In this document: positions 45,731 to 55,045 of the stretch, piece after piece
Position numbering within the stretch: the stretch's first letter is position 1
Layout: each line of letters begins with the position of its first letter
Source: Clostridiales bacterium UBA7568
Lineage (GTDB): Bacteria > Bacillota > Clostridia > Oscillospirales > CAG-272
Assembly (NCBI GenBank): GCA_002479075.1
Contig: DLLG01000011.1
Coordinates: 6,331-70,330 of the forward strand
DNA: 64,000 nucleotides
Reading direction: 5' to 3'
Notes under the pieces: generated by a model
The model's input: the letters and a program-made list of their open reading frames with translations, nothing else
Database searches by the model: none
What the model was told of the DNA's origin: nothing
Made by a program: the position numbers and the translations under genes

Positions 45731-46078
45731 TTGAAAAAAAATAAAATTAATCCAAGAGATTTATCAGCACAACACGTGCGAATAAAGATTGATAACAAAG
45801 AATATTATCAACAACTTTCAACTATGATAAAGCAAGCTTCTCAGTTGCAAATCATTTCGGAATCGTTTGATGAGATAGTGATAGTTTCAAAACAAGGGAA
45901 ACAAGACATACATAATTTATTTCCCAAGATTAAAACGCTTGATACAGAATTGTCTTTTTTCGAACGCAAAAAGGATAAACGATTAAAAAAACTAATCAGA
46001 TTTTTTGCACCAACCACAAAACGAAAACAAACTTCAGAAATTGTAAATATTAGCGGCGTTCTAATAAATGAAGGGTAA
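45731..46078 (+). CDS. Hypothetical small basic protein
   Basis: Frame of ORF 45704..46078. TTG at 45731 lies 2 nt after the upstream stop. I recognise no family. Confidence 0.4.
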   Translation: MKKNKINPRDLSAQHVRIKIDNKEYYQQLSTMIKQASQLQIISESFDEIVIVSKQGKQDIHNLFPKIKTLDTELSFFERKKDKRLKKLIRFFAPTTKRKQTSEIVNISGVLINEG

Positions 46079-46132
46079 TTATTAAACCGCACACATGTGC
46101 AAAGAGCGAAAGCTCACTGCCCTCTGCTCGTT

Positions 46133-46294
46133 TCAAGCCGTTTTCCGGCTCTCTGTGCCTTTATCTTGTCTTTTCCGTTTCTCAAACTCTTTTCTGCTTT
46201 GCTCGGCCTCGAAAAAAGCTTGAATTTGCGGAAGGAAGTGTCGTGCGAGGATTTCCAATTTATGTTTTGGAATATTACTTCTGTTCGCTGTCAT
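46133..46294 (-). CDS. Small hypothetical protein (53 aa), mobile-element-type
   Basis: Found manually: MTANRSNIPKHKLEILARHFLPQIQAFFEAEQSRKEFEKRKRQDKGTESRKTA. Two further mini-ORFs follow on the same strand (46300-46545). Confidence 0.35.
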   Translation of the reverse strand: MTANRSNIPKHKLEILARHFLPQIQAFFEAEQSRKEFEKRKRQDKGTESRKTA

Positions 46295-46839
46295 ACGGCG
46301 ACACGGCTTTTATTTGTTGTCGGTCATTCCTCCATTACATATTCATTTGCATATCGCCATCATCATAGCTGTCTTGATTTTGTTTTTTCTTTTGTCTGCG
46401 TTTGCGTTCACGGACAAATTTTTGGGAAGTGTTTGCCATTATTTGTTTCTTCTATCATCGCAATATCAGCTGCAAGATAAAAGCATCGACAGTAATATTG
46501 CTCCAACCGCCACCCATTTCAGCTTGAACTTCCACGGAGTCAAATCATTGGCTTTCAACTAGTTCATCATTCGGCATATTTCCGTGTGTATTTGTTCTTT
46601 CAAGGAGTCCGTGTGCCTCAATAATTTGTCCTTGGTTGAATACTCTATTGAGTCCATCTTGCCTGTTGCCGCCTTGCGCATTTCCGTTAAACACGGCCTG
46701 AGCGTCTGTACGATTAGATCGTTCAAGTCCTGATGCGTCGGAAGTTCGGATATCAAATCCGTGTTTCTTACAATGCTGTTTCCAACTGACGAAAAGTTTT
46801 CCGCTATTTTGTTGTAATAAAAGCATTTCCAATATTCTT

Positions 46840-47277
46840 TTGTCTATCAAGCAAGGTATTATTACGCCGTCCACAAAACAACGCCTTGAAGAATTGGAAG
46901 GTCAAGAGAAAGAATTTGAAATCGAAATTGCGAAGGAAAACATTACGAGACCTACGCTTGACCGTGATCAGATTAGATTTTGGTTTCATCGATTTAGGAA
47001 AATTGATGCGTCCAAGCCTGAAAATCGCAGAAGACTTGTTGATAGTTTCGTAAACTCGGTGATTTTACATAATGATCATATTGAATTCTATTTTAATTTC
47101 AAAAAGGGTGCGAAAACGCTTTCTTTGACCGACTTGGAAAAATGTTCGGATATGTTTGACTCTCTCCCGCCAAAAACAAAACAGACGCCGATCGGCGTCT
47201 GTTTTGCTTTTCTCAGGTGGGATTCGAACGGGAGCGGTAGTGAATGGCCTGCCGGTGGCAGGTCAGAGCCGCGATGA
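46840..47277 (+). pseudogene. C-terminal fragment of a large serine recombinase
   Basis: LEELEGQEKEFEIEIAKENITRPTLDRDQIRFWFHRFRKIDASKPENRRRLVDSFVNSVILHNDHIEFYFNFKKG is the coiled-coil and C-terminal pattern of Firmicute large serine recombinases. No catalytic or zinc-ribbon domain lies upstream. A terminator-like hairpin (47181-47202) sits in its 3' part. Confidence 0.55.
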
Positions 47278-47341
47278 CCGAGCGGCAAATTTGTATAGTC
47301 AAGCGTCCGCCAAAGTGCCATTTGAAGTTTTTCGTTTTGTA

Positions 47342-47370
47342 TTGACTTTTCAAACGCGAAGTGCTATAAT
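47342..47370 (+). promoter_or_regulatory. Promoter of the cation/proton antiporter gene
   Basis: TTGACT (47342-47347), 17-nt spacer, TATAAT (47365-47370). Confidence 0.6.
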
Positions 47371-47489
47371 CAACCACGGAAATGAAGTTCTTCCGCAAGG
47401 GCAACCTTGAAACCGCGTTTACGCTGATGACTTCTGCGAATTTTTATCGCAGGGCATCGGCTTTTTTGTTGCCCTGAAAGGAGGACTTT
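47371..47489 (+). promoter_or_regulatory. Structured 5' leader (riboswitch or attenuator candidate)
   Basis: About 119 nt between the -10 and the ATG. It contains hairpins CTGCGA-n7-TCGCAG and CAGGGCA-n13-TGCCCTG, the latter abutting the AAAGGAGG RBS. Confidence 0.3.
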
Positions 47490-48677
47490 ATGTCGTTTTT
47501 AACATCACTCGCTATTATTTTGTTATCCGCGCTGTTGCTCGGAAGTGCGTTCCGCAAAATCAAACTTCCGTCGCTTATAGGAATGTTGCTCGTCGGAATA
47601 GTGTTTAGCCCGCACGTTTTAAGCTTTATTTCGTCCGATATTCTGAATATCTCAAGCGATTTGAGACAACTTGCTTTGATTATCATATTGACCCGCGCAG
47701 GGCTGTCATTAAAACTTGACGACCTTAAAAAAGTAGGCAGACCCGCAATTTTGCTTTGCTTTTTGCCGGCTACATTTGAAATAATCGGTTATGTTGTGCT
47801 TGCTCCGCTTATTTTGGGGTTATCGATACAAGAAAGCGCGTTAATGGGAGCGGTAATGGGGGCAGTATCGCCCGCGGTTGTAGTTCCTCGTATGCTAAAA
47901 CTTAAAGAAGAGGGCTACGGGACAAACAAAAGTATTCCTCAAATGATAACGGCGGGCGCGTCCTGCGATGACGTTTTCGTAATAGTTTTATTTACGGCGC
48001 TGCTTACAACCGTAAGCGTTGGCGGTTTCGACTTTAACGTAATATGGCAAATCCCCGTATCTATCGTTTTGGGTATAACCTTGGGCGTGTTCTGCGGCTA
48101 TGTATTCTCAGTGTTTTTCAAACGTTTCAAAGTGCGCGATACCGTAAAAATCATAATTTTGTTAAGCATTTCGTTTCTGTTTGTTGCGCTTGAAAACTTA
48201 ATAAAAGAGTACGTTCCTTTTTCAGGACTTATTGCAGTAATATCCCTTGGAATTATGTTCAATATGAAGTCCGAAGAACGGGCAAGCAGGCTATCGGTCA
48301 GATATGAAAAACTGTGGGTTTTCGCCGAAATAATTTTGTTTGTTCTTGTTGGCGCGGAAGTCGATATTTCATATGTGCTTTCTGACGGCAGTAGCGTAAT
48401 TATTGTTTTGTTTTGCGCACTGATATTCAGAATAATCGGCGTTTTTGTATGCCTTATAAAAACGCCGCTCAATTTCAAAGAAAGGCTGTTCTGCGCGATT
48501 GCATATATTCCCAAGGCGACCGTTCAGGCGGCAATCGGCGCAATTCCGCTTTCGGCAGGACTTGAATGTGGTCAGACAATTCTGACCTGCGCTGTTTTGG
48601 CAATACTTATCACCGCCCCGCTCGGCGCGATTGCGACCGATTTATCATATAAAAAACTGCTTACAAAAATGAAATAG
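47490..48677 (+). CDS. Cation:proton antiporter (Na+/H+ exchanger family)
   Basis: 395 aa, about 11-12 TM helices, CPA-type sequence pattern. Confidence 0.7.
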   Translation: MSFLTSLAIILLSALLLGSAFRKIKLPSLIGMLLVGIVFSPHVLSFISSDILNISSDLRQLALIIILTRAGLSLKLDDLKKVGRPAILLCFLPATFEIIGYVVLAPLILGLSIQESALMGAVMGAVSPAVVVPRMLKLKEEGYGTNKSIPQMITAGASCDDVFVIVLFTALLTTVSVGGFDFNVIWQIPVSIVLGITLGVFCGYVFSVFFKRFKVRDTVKIIILLSISFLFVALENLIKEYVPFSGLIAVISLGIMFNMKSEERASRLSVRYEKLWVFAEIILFVLVGAEVDISYVLSDGSSVIIVLFCALIFRIIGVFVCLIKTPLNFKERLFCAIAYIPKATVQAAIGAIPLSAGLECGQTILTCAVLAILITAPLGAIATDLSYKKLLTKMK

Positions 48678-48800
48678 AATTTGGTTCATATCAGTCACGT
48701 CTGAAATCCGGGCGTGTGGCGAGATAGTAACAGCCCCTTGATTCGGAAAAGAATCAAGGGGCTGTATGGCGTTATTCATTTGTATTATTCAGTCTTGTTC

Positions 48801-50108
48801 TTACTCCGGCATTTTCTTTTTTGTCAGGGTGAGCCGTTCCGAGAGTGCAATCAGAAAGGTCAGTCCCTGCGCGATCGGAACCGTCAGCCAGACGCCCTCC
48901 AACTTGAGGAATGACGGCAGAATCAGTAACAGAACAAATGTCAGCACCGGCTCCGCATAGACAAGCGTGTAGGAGAGAACGTTTTTCTCGGTCGCGTAGT
49001 AATACGATGTCGTGATGCGGACGAACGCGAGAAAAAGCATCGGGGCAAGAAAGTACGGCAGATAACGGATAACGCCCGTGTTGGCTTCACCGGACGCGCC
49101 GAAGAGTACGCCCACCTTTCCTCGTGCAAAAAATACGCCGACCATACAGACAAATGAGATCGCAAGCGCGGTGATATATGCCGCTCTGACCGTTTGCTTA
49201 ACGCCGTCGGAATCCTTCTGACCGTAGTGAAGGCTGATGAGCGGTTGGCAGCCGTCGCCGACGCCCTGCAGCAGCAGATAGATGATTGAAGTTACATATC
49301 CGATACAGCCGTAAATGGCAACCGCCTGCTCGTTTCCGTACAGAAGCAGAAAACGGTTCATCAGAAGCAGCGTGATCATCGGAGAAAATGTCAGTCCGAA
49401 GGGAGAGAGCGCCACCTTCAGCGTCTCGCCCCATACGGGAAACTGCTTTTTCGGCGACAGCAATTTAACGCCCAACCGCTTGCGTAAAAAGAATATCACG
49501 GCGACAAGCATTGTAACCGCCTGCCCGATGATTGTTGCCAACGCAGCGCCTGCCATCCCGAGCGAGAGCACCCGGACGAAGGTAAAATCAAGAGCGACAT
49601 TGGTCAGAAAGCCGAGGATCATAGCGACCATAGCGAAGGTCGAGCCGTTCATATTGCGAATGAACGGAACAAAGCCGGTCGCCAGAAGCTGAAAAATCGC
49701 GCCGAGCGCAATGATTTTTACATATTCCGCGGACATACGAAGCGTGTCTCCCGTCGCACCGAAAAATGTCAGGATAGGCTTTGCAAGCAGGAAAAGTACA
49801 AGCGTCAGAAGCGCGCCCACGGACAGCATAAGAAACGTAGTCGCCGAAAAGCATTCGCGCGACTCTTTTTCTTTGTCTTGCGCTCGGAAGATCGTGAACC
49901 GTATCGCGCCCGCAAGCCCGATTCCAGTTCCGACTGCCTGAATAAAAGCTGAGAGCGGATAGCCCAGCGTAATCGCCGCGATTCCCGCATCACCCAGACT
50001 TCTGCCGACAAAAAAGCCGTCAACGATCGTATAAACGCCCGAAAGCGCAAACGCGAGAACCGACGGCAGAACATAAGAAAGAAATTCTTTATTTCTGTTT
50101 GTTTTCAT
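48801..50108 (-). CDS. MATE-family efflux transporter
   Basis: Frame of ORF 48801..50135. ATG at 50108 follows AGGGGG and gives MKTNRNKEFLSYVLPSVLAFALSGVYTIVDGFFVG. It has 12 TM helices. Confidence 0.85.
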   Translation of the reverse strand: MKTNRNKEFLSYVLPSVLAFALSGVYTIVDGFFVGRSLGDAGIAAITLGYPLSAFIQAVGTGIGLAGAIRFTIFRAQDKEKESRECFSATTFLMLSVGALLTLVLFLLAKPILTFFGATGDTLRMSAEYVKIIALGAIFQLLATGFVPFIRNMNGSTFAMVAMILGFLTNVALDFTFVRVLSLGMAGAALATIIGQAVTMLVAVIFFLRKRLGVKLLSPKKQFPVWGETLKVALSPFGLTFSPMITLLLMNRFLLLYGNEQAVAIYGCIGYVTSIIYLLLQGVGDGCQPLISLHYGQKDSDGVKQTVRAAYITALAISFVCMVGVFFARGKVGVLFGASGEANTGVIRYLPYFLAPMLFLAFVRITTSYYYATEKNVLSYTLVYAEPVLTFVLLLILPSFLKLEGVWLTVPIAQGLTFLIALSERLTLTKKKMPE

Positions 50109-50552
50109 CGCGCGCCCCCTGCATTTCTCTTTCAAAAACCGTGTTGAAAAGCGACACGGCGTCCATCATTTGCCTGATGCGTTCCTCGCCTATGAGATCG
50201 AAAACACGATTTTCCAATCTGTATAATGGCGCAAGCATTTCGCCTGCGTAAGTATTGCCTTGCTCTGTCAGACAGATATATTTTTCTCGTCTGTCACCCG
50301 TTCCGACCGACAGGGAAACATACCCCTCGTCTTTCAGCCCACGCATAACTGTTGCGACCGTCTGCTTAGAAAGCCCGGTGCGGTCTGCGATTTGTTTTTG
50401 CGTGATCGGCTCGTGACCGTAAGCTGCGTACAGGACAAGCAGACGGGGTAGGGGTTATAATTCCGCTCCGTGCACCATTCCGTATACAGCGCATTTGTCT
50501 GACCCCACACTTTCCAGAAGTTTCCGCTGGTTTTCTCCATAATTGCCCCCAT
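50089..50552 (-). pseudogene. MarR-family regulator interrupted by a frameshift
   Basis: The N-terminal half lies in ORF 50334..50594 and the C-terminal half in ORF 50089..50346. A one-nt frame change within ACCCCTACCCCG (plus-strand 50443-50456) restores ...RLLVLYAAYGHEPITQKQIADRTGLSKQTVATVMRGLKDEGYVSL... Confidence 0.7.
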
Positions 50553-50755
50553 AATAGTACTTGAAAATATTATTTTAGCGCTTTTGAATACCATTTGTCA
50601 AGTGGTTTGTGGAATTTACCGCAGAGAAACGCCACCCGACTTTTTGCAGTCGGGTGGCTACGCGGTTATGATTTTAAATTGACAAACAGATATACTGCTT
50701 CCGGGCATCCGACGCTATAAACACTTACTTACGTTTCCGACGTGTTTATACATCG

Positions 50756-51370
50756 CTAATCCCTGTAAAAATAAAAGTCACATTTATCGCTGCCTCGTCC
50801 TATCGTGCCTTGCCGCTCAAAGGCTATGCCGCACATATCTCCGTAAACGCGGTCGTCGCTCAGGCAGAAAGTGCCCGTCAGCTCTTTACAGCCCAGCAAC
50901 TCGCAATACTTCACATATGGGCATTGCAGAACATCGACGCGATAATGCCTGCTGTCGGATTCGATTTCCGCAAATCTGAAACCCGCTTCTCCGTTGAACA
51001 TAGTACCGATCATCTTGGGGAAAATCTTAAAGAAAAGAGGTCGGACAAAAGGTATCTTCGTTGCAATATGCAGACGCTTCCGATCAGGCTCCATGCCTAT
51101 TCTTACGGATTCTTCTATCAAGGCTATGGCTTCCTCGCGCGGGATATATTTGATCATTTGCAGATAAATAGCCGCCCGCGGGAAGATCATCCGTTCGGTA
51201 TGTATCTTTTCCTTTTCGGAAAGTCCCTTATATTCGTCACATAATTCGTTGCAAAGATTTACTGCGTCATTGACGAGAGCATCGGTCTGCCCGGCACCGA
51301 GCTTCTTTCTCAGTTCACCCAAGAGATAAGAAAAACCGCCGGGTTTTTTGTAATATCTTTTGCTTATCAT
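50756..51370 (-). CDS. L-2-amino-thiazoline-4-carboxylate hydrolase-family-like protein (tentative)
   Basis: ATG at 51370 follows GGAGGAG and gives MISKRYYKKPGGFSY... The Cys-rich C-terminus is CPYVKYCELLGCKELTGTFCLSDDRVYGDMCG. Confidence 0.45.
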   Translation of the reverse strand: MISKRYYKKPGGFSYLLGELRKKLGAGQTDALVNDAVNLCNELCDEYKGLSEKEKIHTERMIFPRAAIYLQMIKYIPREEAIALIEESVRIGMEPDRKRLHIATKIPFVRPLFFKIFPKMIGTMFNGEAGFRFAEIESDSRHYRVDVLQCPYVKYCELLGCKELTGTFCLSDDRVYGDMCGIAFERQGTIGRGSDKCDFYFYRD

Positions 51371-51671
51371 AATTCTATGCTCCTCCGCAAATCCTGACTT
51401 ATTTATATTGTACCATAAATACACCCGTTTTTCAACCAATCCCGTGTGAGCAAAAACAGAACCTGTTTTTCGCGGTTTGTGACAAGTGACTATGCAGTCC
51501 GATCGGCTAACGTATTGCATTTTCAGAAAAAACGAACTTGTTTTTCATATTTTGACGCAAATATAGAACTTTTGACCGCAGTATGTTATAATACTTGAGG
51601 AAAAAATAAAACATAAAACTTTTCCGACAAAACGTCGCGCTCAATCGTTATATATACAGGAGGAGAGGAAT

Positions 51672-52166
51672 ATGCCGGAAAATTCGCAATGTGCGGGCGA
51701 ATGGTTTGAGGCATTCTACGAACGGAATTACAGGCAGGTATATCGTTTGTGCTTTACATATATGAAAAATCGGTCGGAAGCCGAGGATTGCACAGAGGAT
51801 GTATTCGTCAAGGTTTTAACAGGAAATTTTTCCTTCAACGACGAGATTCACGAGAAAAAATGGCTGACTGTCACAGCGATCAACCTTTGCAAGGACCGCC
51901 TGAAGCATTGGTGGCGAAAGCAGGTCACCGCTATTGACGAAGCCGCTGAAATTCCGGATGAGAATGCCGAGCCCATAGACGAGACTCTTGAGATCGTCAA
52001 AAAGCTGCCCGCAAAATATAAAGATGTCGTTTATCTGCATTACTATATGGATTACAAAACAGACGAGATTGCAGTAATGCTCAAAAAGCCGCCGTCAACC
52101 ATACGCAATTATTTGCGCGAGGCGAGAGAAATTCTCCGGCGACAGATAGGAGGTTTTGAGTCGTGA
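51672..52166 (+). CDS. ECF-type sigma-70 family sigma factor
   Basis: 164 aa. Region 2 reads EAEDCTEDVFVKVL and the region 4 HTH reads TDEIAVMLKKPPSTIRNYLREAREILR. Confidence 0.85.
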   Translation: MPENSQCAGEWFEAFYERNYRQVYRLCFTYMKNRSEAEDCTEDVFVKVLTGNFSFNDEIHEKKWLTVTAINLCKDRLKHWWRKQVTAIDEAAEIPDENAEPIDETLEIVKKLPAKYKDVVYLHYYMDYKTDEIAVMLKKPPSTIRNYLREAREILRRQIGGFES

Positions 52167-52804
52167 GTGAAAAGAAAATCAAAGATTCGATCGATAATAT
52201 CGAGCCGGCTTCCGGCGCGAAAGAACGGATGTATCGGAATATTATGAAAAAAGCGTCGCAGGCGGCTCCGGAAGAAAAGCCTGCCGAGCCGAAAAGAAAA
52301 TCTGCCGGAATTCTGCGCTATATATTGCCTGTTGCTGCTTGCTTTTGCCTGTTGGTGATCGGAATTGCAAGGTTCCTTCCCGGCATAACGCCGGCAGGAC
52401 CGGGCGAAAGCACCGTGCTGGGCGGCAGTCCGTTTGTCGAAGTAAAAAATGCGGAAGCATTCAAAGCGCTTTCTATCACACTTGACGCTCCGGAGGGTGC
52501 GCAGAATACTTCATATGCAATTATAGACGATAAGATTGCGGAAATTAAATTTGAACTTGACGGGAAGAACTATCTTGCCCGCGCTTCGGCGCAGGAGGGC
52601 GATTTTTCCGGGCTGAACGGGCAGGAGTTTTCGGAGGAAACCATAGATGCCGAAACCAACGCAATCCTCGTGAGTGTGAATACGGGCACAGGTAACTATC
52701 AGAAAATCATTTGGACGGACGGACGGATCAACTATTGTCTGTACGGTACGGACGGGGCAAACAGAGAACAAATCATCTCGGTATATCAAGCTCTGAAAAA
52801 ATAA
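52163..52804 (+). CDS. Putative anti-sigma factor (single-pass membrane protein)
   Basis: The GTG start overlaps the sigma stop. A cytoplasmic N-terminus is followed by TM helix ILRYILPVAACFCLLVIGIA and an extracytoplasmic domain. Confidence 0.55.
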   Translation: MSEKKIKDSIDNIEPASGAKERMYRNIMKKASQAAPEEKPAEPKRKSAGILRYILPVAACFCLLVIGIARFLPGITPAGPGESTVLGGSPFVEVKNAEAFKALSITLDAPEGAQNTSYAIIDDKIAEIKFELDGKNYLARASAQEGDFSGLNGQEFSEETIDAETNAILVSVNTGTGNYQKIIWTDGRINYCLYGTDGANREQIISVYQALKK

Positions 52805-52956
52805 TATTCGGAAATGTCGGAAGAATTTTTTGAAATTTTTCCGACATTTTTGTTTTCCGGATCGTTATGTATTACGGAAGCAAAAAAACGACGGCGCAGC
52901 GTACGGGCGAGGTCTTATGCTTTCGCAATAATAACCTTCAAAGGAGCTAACTGAAA

Positions 52957-53634
52957 ATGAAAATCAAAAAGATCGCACTTATTTTTTTATCAATTCTGAT
53001 GATATTCAGCTTTGCGGCTTGCGGCAAAGGAACAAACGACAACAACAACGACAATAAAAACGACGATAACGGAAAGAACAATACCGTCGTTACCGCAACT
53101 CCGGCAGAGATCGAGCAGAAGATCGCCGAAGCTGTCGGCAATGACAACTATCTCTGCAACGTTGACATTGACAAGGATTGGCTGAAAAACATCTACCGTC
53201 TTGACACAAGCAAGATAGAGAGCTACGTTGCAAAGCAGAACTCTATCGGAAGCGTAAACCCCGACACGGTCATCGTCCTTAAAACCAAAGACGGCTACGC
53301 AGACGAGGCAGTTAAGGCAATAAACGAGGGCTACGACCAGATTGTCAGCTACATACGCCAGTATCCCTTCGGTACGGCAAAGGTCCTGAACGCCCGCCTT
53401 TATCAGAGCGGAGACTATGTGATCTATGTTATCGCCGGCGCAAGCTATGACGGCGAGGATGCGGAAGCGGAAAACAAGCTGGCTGTCTCCGAATATGCAA
53501 AAATCGACGAGGTTATCAAAAGCGTGTTCGGTAAACTTCCGAAAAATTCTGCCGTTGTGCCCGAGGAGAACGGCAGTAGCGGAGGTCTGATCGTTCCGGA
53601 CGATAACGATATGCCTGTATTCGGAAAAAATTAA
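52957..53634 (+). CDS. Lipoprotein, DUF4358-like
   Basis: Lipobox FSFAACG followed by an Asn/Asp-rich linker. TVIVLKTKDGYADEAVKAINEGYDQ resembles DUF4358 proteins that accompany MBOAT/DHHW pairs. Confidence 0.5.
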   Translation: MKIKKIALIFLSILMIFSFAACGKGTNDNNNDNKNDDNGKNNTVVTATPAEIEQKIAEAVGNDNYLCNVDIDKDWLKNIYRLDTSKIESYVAKQNSIGSVNPDTVIVLKTKDGYADEAVKAINEGYDQIVSYIRQYPFGTAKVLNARLYQSGDYVIYVIAGASYDGEDAEAENKLAVSEYAKIDEVIKSVFGKLPKNSAVVPEENGSSGGLIVPDDNDMPVFGKN

Positions 53635-53636
53635 AA

Positions 53637-55031
53637 ATGGTTTTCTCCAGTCTGACATTTCTTTTATGGTTTTTGCCCTGTGTCCTGCTGGTGTATTTCA
53701 TCGTTCCGAAAAAAGCAAAAAACGCGGTACTCTTTGTGTTCAGCCTGCTGTTTTATGCTTGGGGCGAACCGATCTATGTCGGATTGATGATCTTCTCTAC
53801 CGTCCTCGACTACTGTTGCGGACGGGCGGTTGATAAATACCGTGGGACACCGACGGCAAAAATCGGTCTGCTTGTATCCGTAATTGTAAATCTGAGTTTG
53901 CTTTGCCTCTTTAAATATACGGATTTTCTCATCGGCACGATAAACGGAATTTTCGGAAGCAGTATTCCTCTTCTGAATCTGCCCTTGCCTATCGGCATCT
54001 CGTTTTACACCTTCCAGACGATGAGCTACACCATAGACGTCTATCGCGGCGATGCCAAAGTACAGAAAAACATCATCTCCTTCGGGGCATATGTGTCCCT
54101 GTTTCCCCAGCTTATTGCAGGGCCGATCGTGCGTTATCAGACCATTGCCGACCAGATTGACGAGCGCACCCATTCCTTCGATAAATTCGGAGACGGCGTC
54201 AAGCGGTTTGTCTGCGGTCTCGGAAAAAAGGTGCTGATCGCCAATAACATCGGGCTTCTATGGAACACAATTTCGAAAGCGGAAAGTCTGACGGTTGTTT
54301 CCGCGTGGCTCGGAATCATAGCCTTTGCGTTTCAGATCTATTTTGACTTTTCCGGCTATTCGGATATGGCAATCGGTCTCGGCAAAATGTTCGGCTTTGA
54401 TTTTCTGGAAAACTTCGATCACCCGTATTGCTCAAAAAGTGTCACGGAGTTCTGGCGGCGCTGGCATATTTCAATGGGAACCTGGTTCAGGGACTATGTT
54501 TATATCCCGCTGGGCGGAAACCGGAGAGGGCTTGCCGTTCAGCTCCGCAACATTGCCATAGTATGGCTGCTCACAGGCTTTTGGCACGGAGCCAGCTGGA
54601 ACTATGTGCTCTGGGGCGTATTTTACGGAGTGATTCTGATTATCGAAAAGTTCTTCCTGCTGGACAAGCTGAAAAAAGCGCCTGCGTTTGTCGGGCACAT
54701 ATATACGTTGCTTTGCGTCGCGATCGGTTGGGTGCTGTTCGCCTTTGAGGACATCGGAAAAGGCTGGACATTTTTCAAGGCTCTCTTCGGAGGGGTCGCC
54801 TTCTGTAATTCCGCATCGCTCTATCAGCTCCTGTCATATCTGCCGCTGCTCCTGCTGTGTGCAGTCGCCTCGACGCCCCTCGGCACAAAGCTCTATCACA
54901 AGCTGGGCGAGAAATGTAACGCCGCTCTTATGACAGCTGCCGATACAACCGGCATCGTTGCCGTAACGGGACTTGCCATAGCTTATCTCATCAGCGGGTC
55001 CTATAACCCGTTCCTGTATTTCCGTTTTTAA
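53637..55031 (+). CDS. MBOAT-family O-acyltransferase (AlgI/DltB-like)
   Basis: 464 aa, multi-TM, with conserved FWRRWHISMGTWFRDYVYIPLGGNR. Confidence 0.88.
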   Translation: MVFSSLTFLLWFLPCVLLVYFIVPKKAKNAVLFVFSLLFYAWGEPIYVGLMIFSTVLDYCCGRAVDKYRGTPTAKIGLLVSVIVNLSLLCLFKYTDFLIGTINGIFGSSIPLLNLPLPIGISFYTFQTMSYTIDVYRGDAKVQKNIISFGAYVSLFPQLIAGPIVRYQTIADQIDERTHSFDKFGDGVKRFVCGLGKKVLIANNIGLLWNTISKAESLTVVSAWLGIIAFAFQIYFDFSGYSDMAIGLGKMFGFDFLENFDHPYCSKSVTEFWRRWHISMGTWFRDYVYIPLGGNRRGLAVQLRNIAIVWLLTGFWHGASWNYVLWGVFYGVILIIEKFFLLDKLKKAPAFVGHIYTLLCVAIGWVLFAFEDIGKGWTFFKALFGGVAFCNSASLYQLLSYLPLLLLCAVASTPLGTKLYHKLGEKCNAALMTAADTTGIVAVTGLAIAYLISGSYNPFLYFRF

Positions 55032-55045
55032 GGAGGACTTTCCTG

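Noticed and set aside
46545-46874. 109-aa minus-strand ORF (…HCKKHGFDIRTSDASGLERSNRTDAQAVFNGNAQGGNRQDGLNR…)
   Set aside because: It may be a real gene fragment, but I recognise no family. Its N-terminus overlaps the recombinase fragment and it has no clear RBS. It was left unannotated to avoid an unsupported function call.
47205-47290. tRNA-like string GGGATTCGAAC (GTTCGAATCCC on the minus strand) and the adjacent GC-rich hairpin CCTGCC-ggtg-GCAGG
   Set aside because: The flanks of the T-loop-like string are not complementary, so there is no T stem. No acceptor or anticodon arms can be drawn. It is at most a decayed tRNA or att fragment and is mentioned only within the scar finding.
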